This document shows positions 19,825-46,581 of a stretch of 64,000 nucleotides of DNA, piece by piece. Position 1 is the first letter of the stretch, and each line of letters opens with the position of its first letter. The translations under genes were made by a program, and so were the position numbers. This DNA comes from the human T2T-CHM13v2.0 reference genome, Homo sapiens. Under the pieces are notes generated by a model that did not search any database, was not told the DNA's origin, and was given only the letters and a program-made list of their open reading frames with translations. The DNA lies in assembly GCF_009914755.1 (NCBI RefSeq), contig NC_060945.1; one strand, 5' to 3'.

Positions 19825-20609
19825 CCAACATGTGTTTTTTAAGGGAACACAAAACACAATGCAACCCATAACATTAAATGATCACCTTTGCGTTTAGAAA
19901 GACCCTGCACATTGCCTGCAGTGTGCAGCGTGTGGTAGAGGGTAGCAGCTCACCACACATTCCAGTTGGCAAATGTTTGTAGTAATCTCAACAACAGACC
20001 ATGGTGAGTGGGCAATGCCCATAGTGGCAAAGTAGGATAAAAAGAAGTGGGACAATAGAAAACAACGTAGCGGCTAGCCCCAGTGTGACTCAGTCACTGA
20101 ATGGACCTGTGCTGGGACAGCGAGAGAGGCTCCACCTGTAGATGAGGGGTCAGGGTTCCATGTCCCACGCAAATCCCCATTCCCGTCAGATACACTCACA
20201 GGGCCTTCATGAAGCTTAATGGTCAGTGTAGGAAAGAGTCCCCGCTTCCTGGTTCCCCGCGCCCTGGAGCCTCACTCCACTCTGGGATACACCCCAGCCA
20301 TCACACCCAAATTATCCATTCGCTGATCGGCGGTAGATAATTTGGTGTATTCTGAGCTTCAGGAGGAAAAACCCCTCTGTTTACTTTTGGAATTAGTAAA
20401 CTTCCATTTCATGTTTTTCCCTGAAGGGTGTTTAATGTGAGGTCCTTTTTTCTCTCTCTCCCTACTTTTTTAAGGGAACAGCATTAGTCTGAGGGCTACA
20501 CAAAGGATGCTTGTTGAATTCTGTCAAAGATCTGCACAAGATGAGTGACAGTTAGGTAGACCTGTCTGCTTTCTGAAATTTCACATGTTTGCATTGAATC
20601 CCCGCCTGA

Positions 20610-22267
<1,658 letters not shown>

Positions 22268-23037
22268 CTCCAGTCCTAACCAGGACAAAATCTGGTATCT
22301 GGAAGTGGGAAAATGTATGTTGCAGAACGTAGGTTGTGGCACTGACTTAGCAATGACATGCCCGGGACTCATATATTGCAGGTTCGGAAAAATGATGGTC
22401 ATTAGGACATGGCAATGGGACACTTGGTGGCATGTTTCCAGGGTTACTTTAGAAGGCATACTATATGCTGACCAAGGCTGAGAGTCAGGAGGAAATGGTT
22501 GGAAGATCAGAATTTTGGGCACAGTCAGCTTCTTCCTGCCACGTCCTGCAAAATCCAAAAGAAAGGTGAACTTGAGGAAAGCCAGCCAGTCTGTCAACCG
22601 AATGAAAAACATCGTTTTGGCAAAGGAGCCCTCTCTGCCTGCCACTTGCAAGCAAATTTGAGTGATAAGCTGGTAATTTGGGGCCTTGCTGGACTGAAAA
22701 ACCCAATGGCTTCTGTATTCCAAGTAAAGGTTTTACCGAGGTCTCAATGTTTTGCAAAGGGCTTTACATGTCCAATTCTCTGCTAGACATTGAGAGCCAG
22801 TCCAGAGGCAAACATGTTGGGGAAGGTAACTTTTCTTTCAGTTCGTGGGTTTCCAGCCTACAAAGAGCCCTTCTAGACTTATGGAGAGCTCTGAACACCA
22901 CCCCAGGGTGCAGGACTTGGAGCTGGAGGAAGTGCATTGGTGGGACTCTGAAGTTGTTGCCCTTGGTAAGGCTATGAATATGTACCACGTGTGGGAGGAG
23001 AGATGTGTATGGATATCAGGCGGCTAAGAGGGCAAGC
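22268..23037 (+). mobile_element. MLT1 internal sequence
   Basis: Starts AAATCTGGTATCTGGAAGTGGG right after the LTR; ends with purine tract AAGAGGGCAAGC before TGTGG. Confidence 0.55.
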
Positions 23038-23276
23038 TGTGGCAGTTTGCTTTTCTCCTCCTCTTCTATAGCAGAATCCTGGCATGTCTTGAATGAGTTA
23101 TGTGTGTATTCAGATACTGGGGTCCTCAATTTCCAGGGCAGACAAGTAAGCCCTGGAACAGCGTCGAGCCTCTGGCCACGATCAGCTTTGTCCTTTCGCC
23201 CCAGTGTACTGTTATAAGGAAATGGTTGGGGCATTATGAAGTTAAGGTGAGCATAGTCTACACATGCTCACCCTCA

Positions 23277-23604
<328 letters not shown>

Positions 23605-23737
23605 GTATGGGGGATTCCCAAAACCACTCTCAGTTTTGATAATTCACTAGAAAGACTCACAGAACTCTCTGAAACCTGGTGTACTTATGGTTACAGTTTA
23701 TTACAGCAAAAGGATACAGATTAAAATCAGCCGAGGG

Positions 23738-24035
23738 GGCTGGGCGCGGTGGCTCATGCCTGTAATCCCAGCACTTTAGGAGGCCGAGGCTGGCGGATCA
23801 CGAGGTCAGGAGTTCGAGACCAGCCTGACCAACATGGTGAAACCTCGTCTCTACTAAAAATACAAAAATTAGTCAGGCGTGGTGTTGCGCATCTGTAATC
23901 CCAGCTACTTAGGTGTCTGAGGCAGGAGAATCGCTTGAACCCAGGAGGTGGAGGTTGCAGTGAGCCAAGATCCTGCTACTTCACTCCAGCCTGGGTGACA
24001 GAGCGAGACTCCATCTCAAAAAAGAAAAAAAAAGA
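23738..24035 (+). mobile_element. AluSg-like
   Basis: GATCACGAGGTCAGGAGTTCG. Confidence 0.9.
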
Positions 24036-24459
24036 GAAGAAGAACATAGGGTAGAGTCCAGGAAAGAACCCATCACAGAGCTTCCATTGTTTTCTCCCTG
24101 GGAAGCCATGGATAGTGCCACTTTCCTGGCATTAACGTGGACAACACACATGGAGTTTGCCCACCAGGGAAGCCCACCCAAGCTTAGAGTTTTTATTGGG
24201 GTTCCATTGTGTAGTAATGATTGATTTCCCATGTGGTTGATCGCAGCCTCCAGCCCCTCTGGATGTTGAACTAATACGACGTGACCCCAACCCCCTCCCT
24301 AAATCACACTGTTAGACTTCCTGGTGTGGCCAGCTCCCAATCTAAACAAAGATACTCCTATCGAGCATGATTTTCCAAGGGCTGAGAGATTACCTACCAG
24401 AAGCTGAAGGCAAAGGATGGACCTCTCTTTGGGCAAGGTCAAATTCTTTATTACCCAGA

Positions 24460-24890
24460 TGCATTGTTCTACAATAATGGAACCTCAATTTCTAACTGAG
24501 CACAAAGCAGCCACAATCAAGAATCCCAACCTCTGCCAGAATTCCAGCCTTTTGTGCATCTACTTACATCCCATTGTAACCATGTGACTAAATTCTAGTC
24601 AATGGGATGTAAGTGGGGGTTGTATTTGCCACTTCTGGGAAGTGTCCTTAAATAGAGGGGCCTTCTTTTCCTCTGCCTTCTGTCTTTTTGCTTCCTATAC
24701 GGGACTTGAGGAGCCTTCTTGGCCCATAGGTAATGCTTAGGGGTGCAACAAGGTGGAAAGAGCCTGGGTTCCTGTTGATTGAGGCACCCTTTATACCTGC
24801 ACCAGGCTGCTTGGAGAAACCACTTCTATCATGTTTAAGCTGCTGTCATTTTGGGTTTTCTGCCATTTGCAGCCAGATATAGTCTCAACA
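24460..24890 (+). mobile_element. MLT1J-like LTR
   Basis: CCATGTGACTAAATTCTAGTCAATGGGATGTAAG..CTTCTGGGAAGTGTCCTTAAA. Confidence 0.7.
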
Positions 24891-25645
24891 CCTTGCTTGA
24901 AACTTACATTTATATTGGTTACATCCAGATTTGTAAAACTCTGCTCATCAAATTGACGATCTCATCTTTAATCCAGCTCACACTCATGCTGCCAAATTGT
25001 AGCCTGTCACTGGAACACTAGACAGGGTACTGGACAGTTGCTTCTCTGGAACACTGGCCTTTATTCCCAAGCCTTCATCACATTCAGAAGGGACTGTTTT
25101 CTTTTTCTTTTTCTTAAGAAACTCACAGTCTACCTTTTCCAAGTAAATAATCATCACACTTTCTGTGGCTAACCAGTTGGAGATTTGACTGAACACCTAA
25201 ACTTTACTAATGTTATATCTAAACTTTAAGTGAATTTTTGCTACACCTTTAAAAAACTGACTAAAAGATATTTTTTAAATCAAAACGAACATTTACAGAT
25301 CTTTCCAAGACCTGATATTTGAATTTTGTTCATATTTTATCAAAGTGGGCCAGAGTTTCCTATGTGCAATGGCTTGGCATCGTGCCTAGAGAAAGCAGGA
25401 TAAACACTGAATCTCTGCCTTTTATTTTTTGTTTTTGGTGTCTTGCCATCCTTTGTTCTTCATAAAGACCTTATGGTAGCTTTTATGAATATCTCTAAGA
25501 AATTAATCTTTAAAATATAGAAGGTGGACAAAAAACCCTTTGCACATTGTGAAGACAGGGATTTTATCCTTCGTTCATTGAAGAGCAGCAAGATATTGGG
25601 ACTTGGATATGGTGCAACCTCTGTCATCACCTTTCCTGTTTGTAG

Positions 25646-26019
<374 letters not shown>

Positions 26020-26384
26020 CAAAAGTTCCATTTCTAATTTGCCTACCTTAATGACTTGATTTTCTTATTTTCATAGTAAATAGGAATATGTATGTTGAAG
26101 AAATATGAACATTAATTTTCTCATAACTGCACAGTCAAAAACAATGTTTTAAACTTTAATAAATATCAATGACTTGTTTCATACTTTGCTCCATTACAAA
26201 CACAAGGAAAGAAAAGATGTACAATGCCTGAGGAATAGAAACACCATCAATCCTCAACAGGGTCACCTAACTGTCATTATGAAGCAAGGGACTCTTGCCA
26301 GAGATTTGTGTCCTCAGTGAAAAAGGCCTCATGGAATTTTCTTGCTAAAAGGAACCTGAGACTTATTGACACACGCGTCCTCCT

Positions 26385-26490
26385 TTTCCAGACGAAACAC
26401 TCAAGGCTTAGGGAAGTCAAAGTGTACAGAAGGTCCCCGCTAATTAGCAACAAAGCCAGACTCAGCACCCAGGTTGTTCTCGCTCCTGGA
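26385..26490 (-). mobile_element. MIR fragment
   Basis: Degenerate core (AAGGCTTAGGGAAGTCAAAG..AAGGTC). Confidence 0.4.
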
Positions 26491-27064
26491 TCAGGGTTAT
26501 TTGTGAACATCCCATGTCCTCTTTATGATGGTTACAGATGTTTCATATCATCAAGGTTAAGATGAAAGATCTCAGAAGCTGCAGAAGTGCTTAGATGCAC
26601 CCACAGAAAACCACCGGATCCAGCTAACTCACTCTTGTGATTGGAAAGAAGCATATTCTGGTGAAGCAAAAGATTTCTATCTCCAGAATAATGCAGAAAG
26701 CATTTTTACCTACCAAGCCACAACAAACCAGTGAAAGAACATTTAGATTTCCAGAGTCCATCGGCAATACAAAAGTCACCTAAAGAATAATGCCAGAGGC
26801 ATATCTTCTCTTGTAGGTTGTAAATTCCTTGAAAACGAGAACTGCTCAACTTCCCATCTCCTACGACACCCAGCACACAGTTGATGCTGGAATTTCTTTT
26901 TAATGAATGAAACACACAAATCATTGCTTTAAACCCTGGAATTGTGCCCTTTTCAAAAGAAGCACTTAATAGACATGTGTCTAATTTCCTGTGCTGTCAC
27001 AAATATTATTTAATCACACTGTTAAAAATAAAGAACTCTGGGGCCCATGAACTACATTCTCCAG

Positions 27065-27354
27065 GCCATTAGCTGCTCTTTCCACTTTGGGCCTCTCAGC
27101 TGTGCAGCCGGAAATGGATCGTGGGGAGAGGAGCTGCCACTCTTCTGCAAATATCCTGGAATCTTGGCTATGTCAGGAAGTGTTTGGAGAATGCCTTGGA
27201 AGCTGAGAAAGTGTTTCCAAAGCAGCATGCACACGAAGATATTTGAACCAGAGAACTTCCACTCTGAAATAGATGCATGGAGTGCATTCACAGAATATCA
27301 CGTTTTTCTGAAGTTTAAAAGCTACAGCCCAGTACTCTGAACCCAAGAATTAAG
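27065..27354 (+). ncRNA. Candidate lncRNA exon (5' boundary uncertain)
   Basis: Unique sequence ending in a perfect donor AAG|GTAAGT; possible acceptors at 26816, 27064 and 27099; no recognisable protein. Confidence 0.3.
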
Positions 27355-27472
27355 GTAAGTGTAAAAAGTGAGTGCCTCAGATAGTTGTTATGTTTGCAAC
27401 AGGTCACTTGGTTTTACATCAATCTCATGGTAAAATACATATAAAGTCGTTATGAAGCTCATAGGCATATTA

Positions 27473-28060
<588 letters not shown>

Positions 28061-28318
28061 AACTATATCTTTTAAAAATGATAGTCAATGATTTTTCACT
28101 GAAAAATAGGTATTATTCATTAAAATCTAAGAATACAAACCAGCCACAGTAAGAAAACTGTCCTCTCCTCTTTGCCAGCAGCCTACACAATTGAGATGCT
28201 GTGCAGTTTTCCCCTCAGCTCGTAACACTGAAACAGCAAGAAATTGTCTAAGGTTAGAATTTCTAGTCATAGGAAACTTCCAGCGATGCCAATGTAAAAA
28301 CATTTTGTTTCATTTCAG

Positions 28319-29591
<1,273 letters not shown>

Positions 29592-29999
29592 TCACACCAA
29601 ACCCGGCTTGGTGATCTTTCAAACTCCAGAATTTACAATTTCTAAACATAATGATTATGATATTAGTCAACTCATAGAGTCCAAGAACATGAATACATGG
29701 AACTGAGCAAAACAAACAGCATTTCCCTAATGTCGGGGGATGGTGGTATGACTGGGAGCCAAAGAGAGCTTTGTGGGCTTTTGCTGAACTACGCAGCTGT
29801 TCGGGGCAGCTCCTGGAACGAGGAAAGGTATTTCGGGTATAGACTGAAATACCTTCACTAACAACTGTGGAATGCTGGCTATACACATCACCATCACTGC
29901 AGAAATGTGGGGAAATTATTTTAGGAAAATCCATCTTGCTCAGAGGCAAAAGAATAAATCGAACATTCTGTAGTCCACCTCACCAGTGTTTCTATCCAC

Positions 30000-30180
30000 A
30001 GCGAGGGGTTTTCAAACTTGAGTGTGAGTCAAAATCTCCTGACCTGTTGAGAAGGCAGATTCCCTGGCAGGGCCCCAAGGCCATACAACTGAATGCCTGG
30101 GGACCAAGTGCCGGAGTCTGAATCTTTAACTAGCCCTCGAAGTGATGAGGGTCCTCAAAACACGGCGTAAGGAACGCTGG
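30000..30180. mobile_element. MER5-like hAT MITE
   Basis: GGTTTTCAAACTTGAGTGTGAGTCAAAATC..GCAGATTCC..GAACGCTG. Confidence 0.55.
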
Positions 30181-30544
30181 CCTCCAGCAATGAAGAAGGT
30201 GAAGACACTCAGTCAGTCTGTGCTGTTTGGGCACCTCTGCTGATTTTAGTTCTGCTTCTTTCCATTCCTCTCTGTCTCGTCTGCACATCTCACGTTGTGC
30301 CTTGGTCCTTACCTGCCCCATAGCCTTGCTCTCAGGGACAGAAGTCCCACCCGTGGTGAACTGGAGACAAATAATTGTTAAAAGGTTTTCTCTTGCCTGC
30401 CCCCCTTCCCCTCCATGGGACAAGACTATAACCAGAGGCTGATTAAGCCTGTGCCCATTGGCTTCTATACCGGTTCTCACTTAATCACTGGAGAGGAAGC
30501 TGCAGCAGGTTCTAGGTTCTAACACCCTGCTGGGGTTTTAGATT

Positions 30545-30812
30545 GGTGGCTCATGCCTATAATCCTGAAGCTTTGGGAGGCCAAGGTGGGAGGATGGCTT
30601 GAGTCCAGGGATCGGAGATAATGTCTCTACAAAAAAAGTTTAAAAAAAAATTAGCCAGAAGTGGTGGCACACGCCTGTAGTCCCAGCTACTCAGGAGGCT
30701 GAGGTGGGAGGCTGACCCCAGGAGTTAGAGGCTGCAGTGAGCCGTGATCCCACCACAGCACTTCAGCCTGGGCAATAGAGTGAGACCCTGTCTCTAAAAT
30801 CAATCCATCAAT
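30545..30812 (+). mobile_element. AluJ (deleted)
   Basis: J-type Alu. Confidence 0.85.
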
Positions 30813-30999
30813 CAAACCGTGTTGAAGGGGAGGGAAGCATAGACTTGGTTGAATTGGACAACCGAGCCCAGGACAGAGCTCTAGTGAGGCCCCCTGTTCT
30901 GCTGTCCCCTGGGAAGGGAGGGATGGCCCCTGCATGAGAGCACCTGCACATGGTGGTCCACTATGCTCTTGATTCCTGGGCTTCAGGGAGGCCTTGACT

Positions 31000-31450
31000 T
31001 CCCACCCTCTTCTGCAGCAGCCCAGCCTTTGAGTGGTGACCCTTGGCTTTCTCTGCAAGATTCTCCCCACCCACCCAGACCCTTGGGGGAAGCCTTAGGC
31101 AGCCAGATCCATAACACGTGACCCCAGCCCCTAATGCTCAGACCAGGAGTAGACTTAACCAAAACTGGCCAATCAGAGCCCCTTTTCCTGGAAACTTAAA
31201 CTTCTAAGATATTCCCATCTTGGTGTGTGCTGGTTTCTCATACAGAGTAGGCAAAATGCTGGGGCTGGAGCATTGCTGAGTGAGTGGCATAGAAAGCTTA
31301 GATGAAAGGGAAGCAGGTCGTGAGATGGAGAGGGCATCCTGGGTGACTGCATTCAGCACCCCTCGGGAGTCAGTCCCCTCCCGAGGCCCAGCTGAGGTCC
31401 TGAGCTCAGTTCCGTGAGACACCCCAGTGTTATTGGAATAAAGAGCCTTT
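31000..31450 (+). mobile_element. Old MLT1 (K/L-like) LTR
   Basis: CTGGCCAATCAGAG; CAGTTCCGTGAGACA. Confidence 0.45.
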
Positions 31451-31766
31451 ACTGTGGCAGCGCCTCCCTAACGCAGGAAGGATCACATTTCCCTTGCCAT
31501 CTCTGTCCTTGTTTTAACCCGTACTCTCTTTCCGTAGACAGGATGGCAAACCATGTTGTCCTCCTTATAGTGCAAAACGGGAATTTTCCCAAAAAACTGA
31601 TTTGGTTTGAATGAACTGTCTTTGGCGATAGTATGAAATTATTATTTATAGGTGCAAAAATAGAACTGTGAACATGTTTTATCTTAAAAAGGGTTCTTGT
31701 CTATTAGAGTAACTTTGAAATATTTACACCTGAAATGATGTCAGGAATAGCTTCAAAACAATGCCA

Positions 31767-32529
<763 letters not shown>

Positions 32530-33509
32530 TCAAATTGTCCATAGTGAGAAGTTTTAAAAAATGCTGATTTAGGGGTATACCTATGAAATATCACAAAACC
32601 ACCAGCCTTCCAAAGTGAGAAGAAGCTTTTTAAATGGGAGATCTAAGTGTGGCTCCAAAGGCAGCTACCCCTAATGGGACTGGGTGTGGTACTGTATGTA
32701 CAGGTGTGTGAACAAAAACATATGGGGAAATGTCCCTCTTTCCCTTAGAGGAAAATAGGAACTTGGGCTTCGTGTTCAATACATCTCTGATGATGCAATC
32801 CAAAAAGAAATATGCTAAGCTCTATGGCTTGCTTTTAAATTAATAAAAGGCACATTTAACTATATACTTTGTAGATTGTATTAAAAGTTATTTGGTAGAT
32901 TTAAGGGTAAGAAGCATTGCCTCCAACTAGAACATTTTCCTAATAGGTTGAAAGCATATGTGTCGAAAGTAAAGCATTTTGGGAGTTCTCCAGCAGCTAT
33001 AAAAAACTCAATGTATCTATGCATACCTTCTAATTTAGAGGAGCGAGTGGGAGGTAGGAGGTGGCCGATGCTTGTTGGATATTCAAGAGCATCTGTATTC
33101 ACTTTTTTATAAATTCATTATGGTTAAGAGTGGTCTTTTGTAGGGGTTTGGATTTCGGGAGAAATCATTCATAATACAAGTTTTCCTTTAAAGTTGTGAC
33201 TGTCCATTGTACCCTTACGCTCGCCCCGTTTTCAAGGAGGCCAAGTTCTGTTTTCTGTATGAGGACTCAAGGGGGCCTGCTACTCGAATGCCCCGTCGCT
33301 GTCTAATTCTGTGGTTAATCTCATAGTGTGGACACACTTGGGGGCCCAGCTCTGAGACCAGGAGTCCCCAACCACTCTGTTCATGTCTGAATGTCTGTCC
33401 CTTTTCATTTCCCCCTTCTTTCCATCTACTCCATAATGTCTGCAGTGGAGGTGCTTGCATACTTCACTTGTACTTTGCAATATTTCTCTTTCTCTTTTAT
33501 TGTCATTAT

Positions 33510-33800
33510 ATTTTTTGAGAGGCAATCTTCGCTCTGTTGCACAGGCTGGAGTGCAGTGGCACCATCTTGGCTCACTGCAACTTTCTCCTCCTCGGTTTAA
33601 GCGATTCTCCTGCCTCAGCCTCCTGAGTAGCTGAGATTACAGGCGCCCACCACCACATGTGGCTAATTTTTGTATTTTAATATAGAGACGGGGTTTCACC
33701 ATGTTGGTCATGTTGGTCTCGAACTCCTGACTTCAAATGATCCACTTGCCTTGGTCTCCTAAAGAGCTGGGATTACAGGCATGAGCCACCGTGCCTGGTC
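33510..33800 (-). mobile_element. AluS
   Basis: Reverse Alu. Confidence 0.9.
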
Positions 33801-34094
33801 ATCTTTTAACTGATCTTTCCACTGTAGCCTTCTGCTTTTATAATATATGTGTATTCAGAGAAATGCATCCTACTCTCTAAGTTATTGGCCCTTTGGGTCC
33901 AACAATAAAAGACTCACTCTCTACTTCATGGAAACAAGAGTTCATTGTAAGAACACTTTTCATTAAGACACATTGAGACCAAAAATAAAACCGTGTTTCT
34001 CCACTCAGGAGCCAGGTACCCCTCGTCATCACATCTCCACGTATTCATGAGCTGAATGAGACTAAAGGTTTAAAGTTACAAGGGCGGTATTTTA

Positions 34095-34446
<352 letters not shown>

Positions 34447-34673
34447 CTAAGTCATGGACCAATTAATAGTTGACATTATTTTTTCCGAGAGAATAATATT
34501 AACCAGAAGTAAAACCTAGAGCAGGCCTCTCATCACTACATTCCAAACCCAAGCTAAATTTTAGTTAAATTGTACATTTCAGATTTTGAAATAATGCATC
34601 ATTTAAAATATTTTAAAGAAAAATGCAAAGGCCTTTCAAACCACAATTTCTTCTATGGATTATATCTCTGTAG

Positions 34674-35050
<377 letters not shown>

Positions 35051-35328
35051 CATACTTGCTTTAGATCATTTTTTCGAGATCATAGTGGAAGGCACCTGTG
35101 TACCCCTCTCACGTCAAATGCATCTTTCTATCTCCCAGAGGCAAGAACTATTCTGAATTTGATGATTACGCTCCCCATGTGTGTTGTTATATAATTGCTC
35201 TAAGTGTATGAACCCATAGGGGATATGTAACATTGGTTTTAATGTTCACAAATTTAAAACAAATGCTATATTACTCTGCAGCTTATTTTTTTCTGTGTAT
35301 TATGATGTTTTCAAGATATATTCATATC

Positions 35329-36317
<989 letters not shown>

Positions 36318-36589
36318 TAATGGGTCTTTAAGTTGTTTATCATATTTTATTATTGCCACCAATGTTGCAAAAACGTTCTTGGGCACCTCTCATTCTGCAC
36401 TTAAGCTAACATCTCTGTAGAATATGCACAGGAGCTGAGAGGGCTGGATAATGAGCTTTACCACCTATTGACACAAATTGTTCTGTAAAGGGACTTCTGC
36501 TCCTACTGGCTGTGTATGAAATTTGCTGCTTGTCTACACCTTGAACAGTGACACAGAGGCTGTCCTTCCAGTCATTGTATCAGCTGTGT

Positions 36590-37490
36590 CTTCGAGGAGC
36601 CATTGCAATTTTCTGTCAAGCCGACTGCATCTACATGGGGTGGTATGTGGTTCTATCATTGGACCCCAGGGTCACAGGCCCACTCTGTACCTTCTTGGCT
36701 CTGAAATGGGTACCTGGTCACTTCTATGTCATATAGGATTCCTTGTCTGTGGATTAGGCATTCTGTGAACCCCCAGAGAGTGGTGTGTGCAGGAAAGATA
36801 AATCCAGAATAGACTTGGTGCGTGTGTGGAAGGATCATTTGGCATGGAAGGGGCTCAGTGTAGACAGGTGCTACCAAGGGATTGGTTGGTCTCGTTGAGG
36901 AACACTGTCTTATCGGGAGCTCGACATCGGTCTCTGTTGCTGGCAGTTGGACATTTAGAAGCGGCAGTAGCTAGATTGGCCTTGGTAAGTGGGAGTCCAC
37001 GCTGTTGCTCCTCCCGTAGCCTCCATATATGCCAAGGGGCAATCCTATTCAGTTCTCCTTGCTATGGACTGAAGCTTGTGTCCTTAGATTCATGTGTGAA
37101 AGCCTGATCTCCAGTGCGATGGTATTAGGAGTTGAGGCCTTTGGCCAGTGATTGGCTCGTGGTGGGGGAGCCCTCCTGAATGTAATTGGTGCCTTTGTAA
37201 GAGACAGGAGAGAGCTTCCATTCTCTCTCTCTCTTCACCATGTGAGGAAACAATGAAACAACTGCATTCTGCAAACCAGGAAGAGAAGCAAATTGGCCAG
37301 CACCTTGACCTTGGCCTTCCCAGCTTCCATAACTGTGAGAAGTAAATTACTGTTGTTTAAGCCACCCAGTCCATATGAATTTGTTGCAGCTGAACTGACT
37401 AAGACACCTGTCATGCCAGTTCCCTAGCAGCCAGTGAGAAAGACTGGCTCATGTGAACTTGGCTGTTGAGTGTCCCTTCTATAGGGGATA
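36590..37490 (-). mobile_element. ERVL-class internal relic (pol integrase region), split by MLT1A
   Basis: Minus-strand peptides GLPLTKANLATAASKCP, QQQRP, GFTECLIHRQGI match recalled ERV-L integrase; frameshifted. Confidence 0.75.
37060..37406 (+). mobile_element. MLT1A-like solo LTR
   Basis: TGCTATGGACTGAA..TTGTTTAAGCCACCCAGT..GACTAAGACA. Confidence 0.85.
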
Positions 37491-37803
37491 CTTTCTCCTT
37501 CTCCCCCCCACCCAGCCCCCCATAGCTTTATTGAGACATAATGGATATAAAATAAGCTGCAAATACTTAACGTTTACAAAATGAGTTTTAACATAAGTAT
37601 GTATCTATGAAGCCATCACACAATCAATACAATGAACATATCCATCACTCCTAAAAATGTCCCTTTGTCCTTTTGTAATCCCTCCCCAAAAACTTTTTAA
37701 GGGACACTTGGAATGTGCTTATCTCAGTGGAAACTGACTTAGGTAAATAGTTCAGAGAAACCACCTGCTTCTCCATACCCCTGACTTCTATAAATAAGGA
37801 TCA

Positions 37804-38137
<334 letters not shown>

Positions 38138-38139
38138 CT

Positions 38140-40585
<2,446 letters not shown>

Positions 40586-40587
40586 AG

Positions 40588-40707
40588 GAGGCTACATGTG
40601 GTGGCTCATACCTACAATCCCAACATTTTTGGAGGCCAAGGCTGGAGGATCACTTGAGCCTAGGAGTTCAAGACCAGCCTAGGCAACATAGTGAGATCCT
40701 ATCTCTA

Positions 40708-40761
<54 letters not shown>

Positions 40762-40762
40762 T
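40588..40762 (+). mobile_element. FLAM/Alu monomer with (A)n(TA)n tail
   Basis: Left-arm Alu followed by TA microsatellite at 40724-40762. Confidence 0.85.
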
Positions 40763-41524
40763 TTATAAAATAAGTCATGTCATAAGAAAAATCACTGAAG
40801 AACTAAAAAGTTAGTGGGGAATTTTCTGGCCAAATTCCTGAGAAAAACTTGAACCAGAGAGGTAAGAGGAATATTAGTACACCTAAGATATTTTTTAACT
40901 CTGGATATTTATGATGCTACAAATTTGAGCTTTGATTCTCTGGCTTCAAGCGGGAGACAGAAGTCAAGGATCAGGACTCCCTAGAATACCCACATTTGGC
41001 TGAAACCCCGAAGTACTCCACTTTCAACATTAGAGTACAATACCATCACCACTTCCCCTGGTAAAGCATTTGAGATATTACATGAATTTTAGAAGAAGCA
41101 AGTTCAAATCTTCTCTAAGTGAAAGCATTCTCATGCTAGGTATTATAGAAACTGCTCAAGTGATTTTTGAACAGCAATAATCAGCAAGCAGGAATACAAA
41201 AAACTTTAGCTAAATACAACAGAAAAAAAGACAGTAAAAACAGATCTAAAAAACCTGCAAATATTGGAATTATCCAACAGATTATTCAACCATGATTACC
41301 ATGTTGGAAGAAATAAAGGATAAACCTAAACAAATGTTCAGAGAATAAGAACCTATTAAAAACAACACAGTAAAACTAATTACAACATCTAAACTAAAAA
41401 TAATATAAATACAATTAAAATTAAAAAGAGGTGCTTGGCAAAGTATTGGACAGTGAAGGAAGTAAGAATTGATGAAAGTTAGATGAGAAGAAATTTGCAA
41501 TGTGTAATGCACACTTTTTAAATA

Positions 41525-41876
<352 letters not shown>

Positions 41877-42199
41877 TAAAGAAGAGAGGTTAGGACATAT
41901 ACGTAGGATAATGTCATAAATCTAACACATGTTAGATGGAAATTACATAACAAGAAAACATGAGAGACTGGGGAATAATTAATATTTAAAGGAATAGAAT
42001 AAGATTTTCTAGATATGATGAAAGACACCAATCCATTAATTCAAAATAACCAACAGTTTCCAGGTAGAATAAATAAAAGGAGATCCATATCTGGATATAT
42101 CCTAATGAAATTTCAGAATACTTTGGTAAATGAAATCTTAAAAGCCAAGGGGGATAAGAGGTAGCCTTTTTAAAAATGAAAGTATTTAGATTAACAGCT

Positions 42200-45368
<3,169 letters not shown>

Positions 45369-45379
45369 AACTGACTTGT

Positions 45380-45667
45380 TTTTTTGAGACAGAGTCATGC
45401 TCTGTCGCCCAGGCTGGAGTGCAGCGCCGCAATCTCGGCTCACTGCAAGCTCCGCCTCCTGGGTTCATGCCTTTCTCTGGCTTCAGCTTCCCGAGTAGCT
45501 GGGACTACAGGCACCCACCACCACGCCCAGCTAATTTTTTTGTATTTTTAGTAGAGATGGGGTTTCACTGTGTTAGCCAGGATGGTCTCGATCTCCTGAC
45601 CTCGTGATCCGCCTGCCTCGGCCTCCCAAAGTGCTGGGATTATAGGCGTGAGACATCACGCCTGGCC
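45380..45667 (-). mobile_element. AluY
   Basis: GCAAGCTCCGCC and GGATGGTCTCGATCTC. Confidence 0.9.
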
Positions 45668-45917
45668 AACAGCTAAATTTTAACAGCAATAGTGGTAACT
45701 AGAAGAGAGTGGCTTGATAACTACATTGTGCTGAAAAATTTAAAAAATAACTGCTAACCAGTAACTCTACACCAAGAAAATTTATCTTTCTATATTGAGG
45801 GCAAAATAAATAATTTCAGACTTCAAATAATTTTCAAATAAAAGCTGAGAAAATTTATTATCAGTATTAAGGAGAATCTAAAACATATACATAAGCCAAT
45901 AACAAGCAAAAATGGTA

Positions 45918-46365
<448 letters not shown>

Positions 46366-46581
46366 TCAGTGGATGGAGTAAGAGGGGTCTAAGATCTTTG
46401 TTTTACCTAGAAGCAAGGTAAAGGTTTTTATTATTTTTCATAAGTTAAGTAATACATACTGTAATTTATAAGTGAACAACTAAAAACAATAGAAACAAAG
46501 TGTATGACTTTCAAACTAGTAGAGGAGAAAAATCATATGCTAAAAAATACTCAGTAAAAAATAGACAATAAAGGATAAAAG

